Positions 12,601 to 25,176 of a stretch of DNA of 64,000 nt are shown piece after piece. The DNA lies in contig QPGO01000253.1 in assembly GCA_008632985.1 (NCBI GenBank), positions 1 to 64,000 on the forward strand, read 5' to 3'. The notes below the pieces were generated by a model. It saw only the letters and a list, made by a program, of their open reading frames with translations. It ran no database searches and was not told the DNA's origin. This DNA is from Psammoneis japonica. Its lineage: Eukaryota. Made by a program: the position numbers and the translations under genes. Position 1 is the stretch's first letter. Each line of letters begins with the position of its first letter.

Positions 12601-15462
12601 GCTTTTGACTGTCCAACAAAAGGCAATGCGAGTTGCATTTGCCAAATGCGGGTGCAATCAAAACACGAAACAACTTGTCCTGTGTGGTCCTCAATCTCTT
12701 GGTGGAGGCAGACATTTTGATTGTTGGATGTGAAACAAGGCATGGCTCAACTGCAACTGCCATTGAAACATTCCCGAGGCATCACAAACCTCAATTTGGG
12801 AGAAGATCAACCTTGCAAACTCTTGCACATTGCAGTCTCCTGGATCCAGCTGCACTTGGGAACAGGAGTGAGCTTCCTGTGGGACATTGACACCGCACTC
12901 CCACACATGGAATCTTGTTGGTTTGCTTCAGTCCGTTCATTTTTACACAGGATTCACAGCAAAGTTCACTTGTTGACACATTCTGCCCCCCCCCCCCCCC
13001 CCCCCTCCAACATGATGACAACCAGTGCATTGTGGATGTCGCACTTCAATCTCAACTCTTCTCTCACTGCGAAATCAGATGGATCAATTGCTGTTGCTTG
13101 TGCTTGCAGGTGCTGTCCTTCAGGAGAGCAGCACAAGTGCTTTGAACAATGTTGAACAGCAGAAACCAGGATCACAAGCTTGGACCATGTGGAAAAAGCT
13201 CTGTGCTTCCCTGTGTCATCCAGCATCACAGACACTGAAAGAACCTCTCAGCAATTGGCTGGTGCCACCTTCCAAGATGCGCATGCAGGCAACCACTTGT
13301 TTTTCTCCTTCGGAGGATCATCTGCACATCAGGTCACCCTCAGGGTGCAACACATTTCAAGTGAATGGCGCCAAAACCAACACCATCACAGAGTTGGAAA
13401 CAGCTCCAGTCCCCTCCAAGGAATCATTTCCGGCAGAGCATTCCACAACAGAAGACGGTCAATGGATGTTTGACTTGCCCCATGCTGCTTTGTTGGATCC
13501 ACCCCTTTCTCGGTGCTCCCAGATGCATTCCAAGACATGCTGCAATCATCACCTCTGTGGGAGGCAACGTTGTTTGAAGAACTTGAATTTCATGTGACCC
13601 CCAATGCACTGATCCACCATTTTTCTTTTAAGACATTGACTGCAGGGAGTGACGGTTCAGCCAATGAAGATGCCACCTTTGGTTGAACAATTGCACTCTC
13701 AGGAAGACAACCGTCGTCACACCAAGCAGAGGCACGCGGGACTCTCTCTGTCATCTGATTCATCTGCTGATTTCTGGAACATTGCCAAATGTGCAAGTTT
13801 CCCGATTTGGATGTGCATTGTGACAACAAAGCCTTGGTGTCTTGTCTGGAAAAGATTGCTCTTGCCCTTCTGGCTCCATCTCCTGAGGACCAATCTGACA
13901 ATGTCAGAGACTCTCACATCCGTCACCATGGAGCCAATGCCCTCACCTCTGACTGGGATGCTGCAAACAAGATTTTAAATTCTTGCACTGCAATGGAAGA
14001 ACTCTGCAAAACCAGCACATCCCCTCCTTCTCCACCAGCAAAATGGGTCAAAGGACATCAAGATGGACACTCCCCATTCCACGCACTTCCACTCAATGCA
14101 AGAGTGAACGCACAAGCTGACAGGCTCCTGGCTGGTGCTTTTCAAGGTCATTGCACTCAAGACACTTTTCAAAGGTCCTGTTCTTTCCTCACTGCCACTC
14201 TTGCTTGAGTCTGCAGGATGGCACGTTGACATCAAACTGCAAACAACAAGTTTGGCATGCTGCCACCACCCCGCCGCTTTTGGAGGAGCACATTCTTGAG
14301 CACAGTCAGTGGCATCCAGATGTGATCAACCTGACAGATTGGGATGTGCACACCACACTGATGAAATGGCATTCCAGGCAACATGTTGGAACAGTCAAGC
14401 TGGCTCACAACCTTCTCCCTGCCAACAAGACAGTCAACAGATGCAACTCCATCCAACCTCACCATTGTTTGCTCTGTGAGCATCCGATGGAAGATGGGGG
14501 TCATGTGCTGCAATGTCCACACAACAAGCCATGGTGCAGAAAGTTCCTGCAAAGTTTGCTGTGTTGTTGCAACCAGATCATTGACACCATGCCCACACTT
14601 CACAACTTTCTGTTGGCCTGTTCCAGCTCCAGGTGCTCCGCGCGGGTTTGATTCCCATCATTTGGAAATTTGTGCATTTGGCGCAATTGACTTTTTCCAA
14701 ACCCGTTTTTTGCCAAATCGAAGGGTGAGTGTGCACTTTGCATGCATTTTTGGGTGTACACTCACCTTTCGATTTTCGAAACGATCAAAATTGAAGGAGT
14801 CAATTGCGCCAAACTGCGCAGAAAATCGGCCTCTCACGTGATGAAAAGCAGATCACCTGGAGCTGGAACAGGCCTGTTGACTTCTGTCCAAGCATGGTTC
14901 AACGGTGAGATGGAATGCCCAGAGGATGTTGACTGCTGCAGCAGAGCCCTGTGGCACACTCAATTGGAAGTGGGATGGCAGCAAGTGTTTGGTGGATGGG
15001 CACTCCACTCTTTGGAACGTGATCCAATCATGATGTTTGTGCAACTCAGGCATTCTCCGCAAGCACCAAGAAGAGAACAAACAGCCACCAAATTGGACAG
15101 TGCAAACAAGGTCGTTTGCATGGAAACAATGGCGGAGTCTGTGGGAAGAGCACAACCATCATGCACGCGGACATGATGCAAACTCCAGGAAGTCATCTCA
15201 GCAACAAAAGATCAAAGCTGAGTTGACAGCTGTTTGCAACAAATGCCAAGAACATTTGGCTGAAGACCACGGTGTTCTCCTCAATTCAGTGGAAAAGCAC
15301 CAAGCATTTTCAATGACGGGCACTCAAAATTGGATTTCAATGGTCCGGCCTGGGCTGAAAGAAAGTCTCAAAGATGCCAAGAAGCTGGCACTTTGCAGCT
15401 CATGCACCATCACCAGTTGCTTCCATTGGGTGTCTCCTCAGGGAGGTGCCAATTCAGGCTGA
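9700..15462 (+). mobile_element. Decayed non-LTR retrotransposon pol (RT + RNase H + CCHC finger), resembling diatom Ambal-type LINEs
   Basis: RT region: RNQCHFGQAHGTP, RWKDIVNMMIFKEPG, GQGSG, ADD. RNase H: SDGS, HCDNKAL, WVKGHQD, NAQADRL. CCHC finger: CLLC-x8-HVLQC. C-terminal QLEVGWQQVFGG. Many stops and frameshifts; the 5' limit and an endonuclease domain are uncertain. Confidence 0.8.
14615..14874. mobile_element. 260-bp foldback MITE inserted in the LINE
   Basis: Perfect 21-bp TIRs GGCCTGTTCCAGCTCCAGGTG (14615-14635 / 14854-14874) flanked by TGTT on both sides. Inner inverted arms at 14677-14692/14798-14813 and 14715-14736/14754-14775. Removing it restores the LINE frame (TLHNFLLTSVQAWF). 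Confidence 0.92.
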
Positions 15463-16316
15463 TCGCACCAACTTCTGCCGCACCCCAGCAGGGTGCACCG
15501 GAGGTGTGGGTCAGCTGGTGCCGGTGTTGCTGGGCAAAGGTGTGGTGGCACTTTAAATTGGTTTTTTTTGGTTTAAAGGCTTCTGCTCCTTCTTTTCTTT
15601 TTCCTGTTTCACCCTTCTTGCAAGATCGATGAACCAAGATGTTTCTTGCTGGCAAGATTGGCCACAAGGTCATCTTCCATTTCAATGTCCAACTCTTTGT
15701 CTTTGTTTTTGTTGATGTTGGAGTCATCCATGTTGTTGTTGTTGTCATTTGTTTCTTGGTCTGCTGGTGTGAAGATGTTGTCTTGGGTGAAGCCATCGTC
15801 ACAGGTGTCTTCGTCACTTTGGCCATCAGTCATGTGTGATCTTGATCATTGACAACTGCTTCATCCTCTGATGGAGAACTGTCCTTGACTTTGCTCCTGG
15901 TGTTGTGCTCATGAGCTTGAGGAGAGGCATCCTTGGTGCACAGTTTCTGAGCAGAAGTTGTGCTGGCGTTCTTCGACATCGGCGCTTTTTTTGCCACCGC
16001 CTTCGGTGGCCTTGTCGGTTAGGCCGATGGGATTTTTCTGCTTTCCATTTTGTCCTTTACCCTTTTTTTCTTGGTGCCCTTGCGGGGCGTACCTTGATTC
16101 GTGTATCAGAGCTGCGGCGTTTGCATCCTGCCATGGTGCGATTTTTTTGCTTGGTGATTGTACGCACGTGGGAGTATGTAATGTCTCTCAATTTCCGGCA
16201 GCAACTAAATCGAGGGAAGGCACGTCCAGTAAGATAGATTGCTCTTTGGTCAGATGCTTTTGGTGTCGGTTCTTGTACAATTCAACCAGAAAAGTAAATG
16301 TGAATGGGATTTCTAG

Positions 16317-19300
16317 CTAAGATAACTTGAGCCATTTCGTGTCAAGAAGACCGCCGAATGGAACTTCACGGTACTTTTCAACGACGGTGCGCAAAAGCTG
16401 GTCACTGTATATCCGACGAGAGCTCCAATAGTCGTTTCTAGACCGAATACTTTTCAGCATTTGAATTGCGTCAACAATGCGGTCTTCGGAAACCACGATA
16501 GTAAGGAAATTCTTTACATGGTTCACGTCATCCATGTTTGGATTGCAGTGAACGTCCATCCACCGATGCAACGGAAGTAGCTGCTCTTCATAAAATGACG
16601 CTGATTCCATTTCCCCCCCAGAATCTTCATCCTCTTTGCCCCGCTCATCAACCTTCTCACTGTTGTCGTTGAATGTTTCAATGTGTGCCAGCTTTGGGAC
16701 TGTCTTTTCTGGAGACGCTTCGACCCTTTTTCGAGTTCTCTGGCGACTACTCATAGGAGATAAGGCTCCCACGTTGTAATCGTCATTGTTCGCAACTTGG
16801 AGCTGTACTTCTAATGGCAAGGAGTTGAGCTGCGTCAACGACACAGACTCTCCAGTCGAAACCTCGAGGATTTCCTCTCCATTCTTGACAGCGGCAAGCT
16901 TCATCATTCGTTTCAAGTCCACCTGTCGGTACCTCAAAGATGTGTCAAGCGATCCAGGTGAACTTCCACCGCTCTTGCTATTGGGAGATCTCTTTCTCTT
17001 CCTCGAGCCAGTTGCCAGAGTCGAGGTATCGTCCCTCGGGATGACGCAATCACTTTCTTCGATTTCTGTCAAGTCCACTACATCGTTCCTTGGCGGGGTA
17101 GCCTGCATTTTGATCATGATATGGCTTCGCAAATCGTCAGGAAGAGCCATCACCTGAGACATGTGGATCTGATTGAGAGGGGGCAATTCGATGTCATCTT
17201 CACTTTGATTGCCCTGCTCATTGGTTTCGGATCCCTCGACATGCCCGCTTCGCGAGGATTCCGCCTTGGACAGAGTCCCTTCCGTCGTGGATGATTCTTC
17301 CGCGTCAAGATTCATTTCAGTCAACGCTGTATCCCTGACACGCTGCTGAAGCATCGGCGGACGCTCTGTTGTTCTGGGAGGAGTCGCAGCCACATCCTTT
17401 GGTCGAAGCTGCTCGTCTTGTATCAAGAAACTGGCAATACCTCCCACAGAGCTACGTGGAACTGTGGCGGATGATGGTTTGTTGTCAAGCTTTGTCACAA
17501 CGACTCCCATGCCACGTATGTCGGCTTCTGGAATCTTCAGCTCCCCGAATAATTCCATTCCTGCACCAGCGATATCTTGCCAAGCACGAGTCAAAGGAAT
17601 GTCAGTGCTCTTAGAATGGTTATGACAAGATCCATGTCCAAGGAACTTCGGAGGATTTTTTGCTCCTTCCTTTCTCTGCTTCACCTTTAAAGTAATGCGA
17701 CGACCACGTACACCCACACGCCCCATGCGTTTCTCAACCTCCTTCGCAAGACCAGACATCATGTATTCAACCCCGTAGGGGCCATCAAATCGGACGCCAT
17801 AGTTGCACTATCGGAATAGCCAAGCAATATGAGATGGACAAGAGATAGAATCAGCAAAACATCAATGCAACTCGAATGTTACCTCAGCACCAATCGACTT
17901 TCGTTCCGCCGGCTGAATGGGCCTGTGGTCTACCCCTTTGCAGAACTCGGCCATTTTTTCGCCCGTGGCATTTCCCAGAATACGTTTGAGTTCTGAATCT
18001 GCTCTCTCTCCGAGGTCCCAGACGTCTTGAACAGAAACAAGTCCATTTACCTTTAGTTCCTTCTCTTTCCTGTAACCGATTCCGGGAAGTTCACGAAGCC
18101 TGAGAGGTTCAAGAATGTCCCTGAAGTTGCGGACGACGCGAAAGTTGTCTGGTTTCACGCTGTCAGTTGCTAACTTCGCAAGTAGCTTGTTCTGTCCAAC
18201 TCCTACTGACGCAGTACACTGAGTTGTTGTAACAATGTCTTGCCGGATGCTCTTTGCGATATCTTCTGCAAGAACGAGAGGTTCAACACGCAGTTCCTTC
18301 CCATTTGTAGGTATCAACAACTCCATGTACGATTCATCACATGAAACCTGCTCGACGGAACCATTGTACTGTTCCGCAAATCGATGTAGAATATCTTCGA
18401 CTTGCTCTGAAACCTCTTCGTACCCGTTAAAGTCGTACTGCAAAACCACTAGATCTGGGCATAGCTCCCTCGCTCGACCAAGGAACATTCCCTTCCGTAT
18501 TCCGTATTTTCTTGCTTCGTAATTACAGGTTGCGCATTCTGAAGTTGATCTTTTGGATCCATTATGAGAGATGTTATTTGTATGAGAAATCGCAACAGGC
18601 TTCTTTCGGTACTCATCGGGATAATTTCGAAGAACGACGGATGCAAAAAAGCAGTCCATGTCCACGTGAAACACCAAACGATGAGAAGATGAACCGCTTT
18701 CAGATATCGAATCGCGCTTCTTTGTGGGCGAAGTTTTGCTCCGTTGTTTGAAACTGCCTATAAAACTGAGTCTCGAAGTCTTGAAATAGGATTCGAGGAA
18801 ATCTGGGTCAGTACCAACTGTTCGTACTCGTGCAGAATTCGGGTTGCTCGTTTTAATGGGACTATTTGTAGCGTTCGTCGTTTCGGTGTTGGAAGGAAGC
18901 AGGCTTTCGCACACTGCATCGACAGTCACATCGCCGCTCCTTGCAGGGGGGCAACATGCCTCATTCAAACATTCAATGCCATCCACACCGCTTTCATTGT
19001 TACCACCGTCCGCTTCACATCCAAATTTGTTTTCAAGTAAAGTTGTATTCCTTTTCCCCTGATCACGAGTTGTGAGATCCGACGGATGGTTCTCGGCGGC
19101 CTTCTGTGAAAAGAAAGACTTCACAGTCTTACCCCTGGCAGTCTCGTCTCTAACTTCGTCAAGCAGAAAATCCGCAAACGGAAGCAAACGATAGGCTTTC
19201 ACGCTTTCAACAATCCAAGATGGCTTCACCACTGGAGTTGGCTTTCTTTGACGCTTGTAAATATTTGCTTTTGCTGTACTCAGATGCTCTGCAATGATGT

Positions 19301-20060
19301 GAGTGACACGCCCTGTTTCGTACTTTTCAAGATCTCCGCCGTGACGATGAATCATTCTCTGAATCGCCCCAGCATCCGGATTCGTGTATCCATTCACAAG
19401 CACAACAACCCCCAAAAAGAATAAGTCAGGTCTCTTGCCAGAATGACTGACATCGCTGGGTGGACCTTTGACTGCCCTTTCGTCGTCACCAAATTCCTCG
19501 CCAACGCTTTGGACATCGCATTCTTTGAAGTCCTTTTCCGTATGTTCAGCCTTAGAACGGTTCTTTTCGACAACGTCAAGATTCTTCAAGATGCCGGGCG
19601 TACCCACTTCTTCGACACCAGAGTGTTTTCGTAAGCGTTTCTGTTTCCGTTTCTTGATCGGGCTCTCAGAAGCTTCTCTTCTGTCGCCGTTGACGCCATC
19701 GTCCTTTTGGTATTTTTGCTGAAGTTTCTCCAGTACAGTCAGAGGACCAGAGTCTTCTGACTCAGTTTTCTTGGCCTTCTTCAGAGGAAAATTATCGCAC
19801 TCAAATTCTTGGATCTGAACACGTTTCGAGAATTGAACACGCCGTTGTTTTCTCTGGTTTGCTTGTACATCATCCTCAGTTTTAGCTTCCCGCGCCGACT
19901 TCTCGCGAGGATCTGGAGGTAACACCAACCCAAACTGATTGCGCTGGAGCTCTATTTTGCGAGCCATGTAGTTTCGGAAGCTATCCTCACCAAAACCTTT
20001 TCCTGCTGTCTTGTGGCCGTCCGCGTCGTTACCAGACGTCAAGTTTTTCGGTGGCTTCAT
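16317..20060 (-). CDS. REV1: DNA repair protein REV1 (Y-family deoxycytidyl transferase), 2 exons (20060-17883, 17807-16317)
   Basis: BRCT (FLGVVVLVNGYTNP), FHVDMDCFFASV, ATCNYEARKYG, VSCDE. Splicing the GT-AG intron 17808-17882 gives KSIGAECNYGVRF. UBM-like LPxxL/V motifs. Confidence 0.95.
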
Positions 20061-20847
20061 TTCGGATCTCAGTCCTTCACGCTCGTGGTCTAGACTACCG
20101 TTCGAAAGTCATCATGCATTCTCTGTACCCTTTTTTAAATTGATACCAGCGGGCAAATGCCATGGCACGAATAGTTTCAAAGTTGCATAAAATTCCCTCC
20201 ACGTTCCTTCCGACGCACGACGTACGGACGCGTTTAGCTTGTGGTGGACGGACGGACGGATGGTGTGAGCTGGTCATCAAGGCGCCAGTGCTGTCTGTCG
20301 GACATTCCAAATACTGTATGATAGATAGACGCAGTGAAAGAAAATGACAGCAACACTCATCCTCTCATGTTTCATTACATCATGATGTATTTGCTTCCCA
20401 AATAATGTTGGCGTTTTTGGGTCAACACTACCGGCACCGGTAGGTACTCGTAGCATTGCAAATCGACTTTCAGTGCCGAAGGTTTGTAATGTATCATGGT
20501 TTTCTATGTACAGTACGTACTTTATTATATGACTGAATAGCATTTGGCGAGGGGATAACATTCAACAACATTCAGGCAGTCTAACATTATATCATACTAG
20601 CCAGTCGTGTTTTCCAGCATTATTTAACCATTTTTTTAGAAACCACGACCGAATATCCTTTTTTATACCTAAATGATTATCCGTAATAAATTACTTCGAC
20701 CTCTCTTCCGTCACGAAAATCAACCATCGCCAAAAAATTGGCACTCCGCTTCATTGGATGGAGTTGTATCTCGCTCAGTCTCACTTAGCTATTGTCGTAA
20801 AGCCTGAAACGGAACGTTGGAAGACAGTGAGAATTGTGGAGCAAAAG

Positions 20848-21739
20848 ATGATGATAATTCGCCGCATCGCGTTGAAAGCCGCATTCCTTGCAACTTTTTT
20901 CTCAACGATTTTCGCCCTTGACGTTGAGATATCAGGAATCAATTGCACCTCAGACCTTCCGGTGTATGCGACAGACTTGCAACTTTTATGTAACGGACAT
21001 CCACGGTGCACATTTGGTGAGGAAGCAACCGTAATTGGAGAACGTAAGTGAAACTACTGATTGAGAGAGCCCGCTGTTTTGGTGAAAAGAAATAATAGTA
21101 CTCAATTATTGATGTTGCTGATGGTAAACACCTATTTTTCGTTGGTTTCCAGTTGTTTATGAAGGTCTCGAGGACAATGGCGTAGAAAACAATTACGCTT
21201 ACATTACATCAGACCTGGACTTTGTTACGTTGAACTTCCATCTCTTTCAAATGATGCCCGTACAGCTATGCTACGATGGCCTCGTTGAGGCCGATGAAGA
21301 AAACCAAAACGGAGACTGTCCCGCGGATGGAACGTACTCCTTCATCTCCTATTACACCTTGCCTCCATACGAAGAAAAAACCTCTTGGCTCGCGACTGGA
21401 TGGAGTGCATCCGGAGAAATTTCCATGTACGCAGCCCAAAACGTCAATACTTTGATTGGGTATTGCACGTTTGATGTCAAGCCAATGGTGACTCGAAGCA
21501 CCGCCCAAGGATTCGACACGCCATCAGCAGCCACGACCGTTGGAATCTTTGCTGGTATCGTTGCTTTAGCGCTGCTTATCTGTATGTATTGCAGTTGCCG
21601 CAAGTGGTGTAGAAAGGGCAACGATGATAGCGATGCATCAACGTTCAAACGCTTAGACGGAGACAACGCAACTCAGTACTCCGGTGGATCGTCTACGATA
21701 GGTTCTCGGTCTGCTGCTGCAGGCGCATCGCGGGTGTGA
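20848..21739 (+). CDS. Uncharacterised type I membrane protein (signal peptide, Cys-containing ectodomain, one TM helix); intron 21044-21152
   Basis: Hydrophobic N-terminus; GTAAGT...CAG intron joins the two ORFs in frame; TM segment VGIFAGIVALALLICMY followed by basic residues. Confidence 0.75.
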
Positions 21740-22000
21740 GACCTTCCATCATCGCTTTGAATATTTGTGTGTGTGTGTTGTCGATTCTGATTTCCTGTGG
21801 TTAAGTGGACTGTGCAAGATGGTGCTCTCCTGGACGATTAAAAAATGTACTCTAGTGAACAAGCAGAATTGTACTGTGGTCCAGAATTTTGTTGTTTAAG
21901 TCTTCATGGTAGAGTTATAGGCCATCTTATCTAACCAATGGCTGCACCACTGGTCTAATTGTAGTCTTTGACACTTGTCTCGTTTCACTAATCGCCGTCC

Positions 22001-23110
22001 TCACTGGGAAGAAAAAATTCTTTCATCACTCTCATCTTCACAAAAGTACGAAGCACTTTTCATCGAGGCATCTTCCGCCTCGCGCATGATTCGTTGCACA
22101 AGATCTTCCACCAGAGGAATATCCTTGATAAGACCTTGGCACTGGCCAATAAATTGAACTCCCTCTTTATCGAGTTCTCCGTCGACAGTTGCCGCCATTA
22201 TCGATTCGGTTGCCGCTCCGAATTGAGCAACCGCATACATCTTCTTCCATTCCAACACCAGCCCCGGAAGCACCTTGTATAAAGGAATATCCATTTTCTG
22301 TGCCGCTTGAAATGCCCTATATACCACAACTGGTAGCCACGGTCGTTTGCTCATGACTTGTTGCGATTTCTTTGTTTTTAGAACTCTCGCAGGGATGCCA
22401 TCAAAGTTACTTCCATAAATTGTATCCTCCACTGAAGAACGGGATACTGCCTCCTTGACAGATGGTGCAAGAGGACTTTCACGGGTCACCGCTAAACGAC
22501 TTCCCATGGCAACAGCGTCAGCTCCTAGGGTAAGTGCTGCAGCAAGACCTCTTCCAGATGCAAATCCTCCGGCGGCAACGAGAGGAACATTTGGAAATTC
22601 TTGAGCCATGGAGTTGATCAGCACAAGCGATGTCACGTCTCCTCCGTGAGCTGCTGCTTCATGACCGGTCAACATGAGAGCATCGGCTCCAGCTTCTAAA
22701 GCGGCTGTTCCGTGACGTGCATTTGTCACGGTTGCAAGCACTTTTCCGCCATACGAATTGCATCCATCAGCAATCCAATCAGCCTTTCCGAGACTCACGT
22801 TGATCAACGGAACTTCTTCTTCCAGAGCTACCCGAGCATTCTCAGAAGCGCCCGGCATGAGCAATGTCGCACCAATTCCAAATGTAATGTCAGGACTTTT
22901 CAGTAAGGAACGGACCTTGCGTATCGACCTTCGCGTTTCATCGGCGGTCAGCGGTCCTGTAGCTAGAATACCCACGCCACCTGCATTTGACACTGCAGCC
23001 ACCAACTCAGGGGTCGATATCCAAGACATCCCGGGGAGTAACACGGGGTACCGACATTTCAACAAGGAGGTTATTCTCGTGTTGACTGCTGGTGCCGACA
23101 TCCGCATCAT
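22001..23110 (-). CDS. Nitronate monooxygenase / FabK-like FMN-dependent oxidoreductase
   Basis: ELVAAVSNAGGVGIL, GHEAAAHGG, PLVAAGGFASGRGLAAALTLGADAVAMGSR; intact 369-aa ORF. Confidence 0.9.
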   Translation of the reverse strand: MMRMSAPAVNTRITSLLKCRYPVLLPGMSWISTPELVAAVSNAGGVGILATGPLTADETRRSIRKVRSLLKSPDITFGIGATLLMPGASENARVALEEEVPLINVSLGKADWIADGCNSYGGKVLATVTNARHGTAALEAGADALMLTGHEAAAHGGDVTSLVLINSMAQEFPNVPLVAAGGFASGRGLAAALTLGADAVAMGSRLAVTRESPLAPSVKEAVSRSSVEDTIYGSNFDGIPARVLKTKKSQQVMSKRPWLPVVVYRAFQAAQKMDIPLYKVLPGLVLEWKKMYAVAQFGAATESIMAATVDGELDKEGVQFIGQCQGLIKDIPLVEDLVQRIMREAEDASMKSASYFCEDESDERIFSSQ

Positions 23111-23274
23111 GGTTTTCGTTCTCGTTCTGGATCTTTTGTCGGATTTTTTCCGTTCTGGGCGGGGGTTCTGGTTTTGATGGATGGACGGACACGTCCGACT
23201 GACGAACGACGCGCGAAACGCGATCTATCCGCTCTCCCGCGCGATAGACAACATCATTCTCGCCACTCGCCACC

Positions 23275-24083
23275 ATGAGAACTACCAAGAAGGAGAATGG
23301 CGGTGTTGTGGCATCTGACTCGCTAGATTCTAAGGTGGATAGAGTCATTTCCAAGTGGGTAGAAAAGTTTGATCCTTTGACTCATCCTGCAATTCGCACA
23401 ATTGCCAACACAAACACAAAGACGGTATTGGCAGTAGCACCTCATACAATCTTAGCGACCTGATACCAACGTCATCTTCGATTGAACTTAGCGTGCCGTC
23501 TCTCACAGAGAGACTTGAGAATACTCTTGGAGAGTATTTCACTGCAATCACTGTTGGAGCAGTGCTTGGAGCTGCTGTAGCGACGGGTGTAGGTCTTGGG
23601 TTTGTTGCGATGACAAACGTGGTTTCAGCAGGAAAGTATCTTCCTACGCTCTATAAGTGGGCCTTTCGACGTCGACGACCTAACAACGAGTCATCCGAGG
23701 TTGACAGCCAAGATTTTGTCCATTTGATGCAAGACACAAACAATATATCGGTTATTGGCAGCTATGACAACAATTCAATAATTATCCTAAGAGGCAACGT
23801 TCGGCCACCGCATTTGCCGGCGTCATCAATGCTTGAACAATGTCGAGAATGTTTAGACCAAGTTGGCGTTCTTCTTGGCAAGCAGAGCATGGGATGGATG
23901 AATGTTCGGCGAATAACAGCCTATCTTGTTACGGGGCGTTGTGATGCCAAGACATTTCGCCGTGCACTCACGGATTACCCCTTACCCGAAACGAATGTTA
24001 TTGTGACCATTTTGTTTGTTCAGAGACTGGAAGCTCTTCATGCGGTGGTACAGCTGGAAGTGCTGGTATCGGCATCAAAATGA
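23275..24083 (+). CDS. Membrane-anchored protein with a C-terminal RidA/YjgF-like domain; apparent 1-nt frameshift near 23375
   Basis: EQCRECLDQVGVLL...NVRRITAYLV...VQRL...VVQLEV resembles the YjgF fold. TM segment VGAVLGAAVATGVGLGFV. The upstream ATG ORF switches frame. Confidence 0.55.
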
Positions 24084-24117
24084 CGACACAATGATTGGCA
24101 GAAATTGTATTACGCTC

Positions 24118-25176
24118 TCATGTGCTTTTCTTCGTCAACGGTGACTCCCTCATGGTGACCGAAACTCTCCGGTCGCTGAGCAAGTCTTGGTTTTCAATGC
24201 CATGCGAGTAGTCGTATCGTGCCTTGCCAGTAAGGATTTGAAGAGTCCTTCTTTTCAGCATGACTTTCTTAGTTTCCGTCACACCACGAGAACGCAATAG
24301 CTTTTCATTTCCAAAAGTCATGATACAGTCGCCTGCAATTGAAAGATTCGCGATGGGTTCCTTTGAAAGCTGTCGGTCATCCACATGGCTCTGGAGAAAG
24401 TCCCCTTCTTTTCGTCGATAATCAATGGCATTGGCCTCGTTTGGAACACATCCCATCATGGGTTTTAGTTTTTCAAGCCTTTGTAGGAGTAAATTTCGAA
24501 TAAAGTTAGGAAGAGGATTTTCTGGCGCATCAACACGGCGATCTCGCAAGTTGCAATGAACACCCCATCTTTTGCCTTTATGCTTCCCATTAAATCTGGA
24601 TCGTTTCCAGGGTAAGAAGTCTCCTCGATGCTCGGCGCAGGTGCCGTCCAATTCGGCAAGGATCTGTTCCTCCTCGTCTTCAGTGATGAAATCTTCAAAC
24701 AAGAAAAGGCCCGGCAAAGGCTCTGAAGCTGGAGAAACTGAATGTCTGTCATTCTTTTGGGTCCTTTTCAACCACCACGGAGGCTTCTGGTCATTTTCGC
24801 ACTGTTCCCCCGACGATTTTTTAGGCAAATCTTTCTGCACCGGAGCCACGCGCTGCGCTTGGGATTCATCGGTTGTCGCCAATTCAGCAGTACGCTTTAG
24901 TCCCACCATGTCATCGGCATTCTCTTCCTCCTGCAATTGACTTTCTCCGTTGCATTTCTCAGCATGAGGCAACAACACGTGCAGAGGAAAGCGAACCCCG
25001 CATACAGGGCATTTTCCAAACCTGCTCGGCGGAGCTGACTTTTCTTCCCCGGCGGTGCGTTGTCGCTTTCGATTGGAAGCAGAAACAAAGTCAGGTCGTA
25101 TCCCATCCTTCACAGCGCCAGAATGAGGTGATGCGAAGAAATTGGTCAGAGTTGGTTGACGACGTCGCGACGCCAT
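24118..25176 (-). CDS. AlkB-family 2OG-Fe(II) dioxygenase with N-terminal PIP box and UBZ-type zinc finger
   Basis: PGLFLFEDFITEDEE, HVDD (HxD), ARYDYSHGI, RRVSVTMR; QPTLTNFF PIP box; CPVC-x11-HAEKC finger. ATG at 25176 is preferred over the upstream start inside the TE block. Confidence 0.88.
   Translation of the reverse strand: MASRRRQPTLTNFFASPHSGAVKDGIRPDFVSASNRKRQRTAGEEKSAPPSRFGKCPVCGVRFPLHVLLPHAEKCNGESQLQEEENADDMVGLKRTAELATTDESQAQRVAPVQKDLPKKSSGEQCENDQKPPWWLKRTQKNDRHSVSPASEPLPGLFLFEDFITEDEEEQILAELDGTCAEHRGDFLPWKRSRFNGKHKGKRWGVHCNLRDRRVDAPENPLPNFIRNLLLQRLEKLKPMMGCVPNEANAIDYRRKEGDFLQSHVDDRQLSKEPIANLSIAGDCIMTFGNEKLLRSRGVTETKKVMLKRRTLQILTGKARYDYSHGIENQDLLSDRRVSVTMRESPLTKKST

Larger units (their letters stand above)
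1..16050. mobile_element. Nested cluster of decayed transposon sequence, depleted in TpA and CpG
   Basis: Hand count gives 4 TpA in bases 1-600, versus 6 in only 120 bp of REV1 (16321-16440). Dense Cys/His-rich ORFs in all frames. Contains recognisable Harbinger, LINE and MITE remnants. Right boundary is approximate. Confidence 0.85.

Noticed and set aside
12986..13006. Long poly-C runs (also near 25976 and 41442)
   Set aside because: Homopolymers inside decayed repeats; lengths are unreliable and no function is evident.
1..16050. Dozens of overlapping 60-300-aa ORFs in all six frames
   Set aside because: By-product of TpA loss removing TAA/TAG stops; Cys/His-rich and Tyr-poor; not genes.
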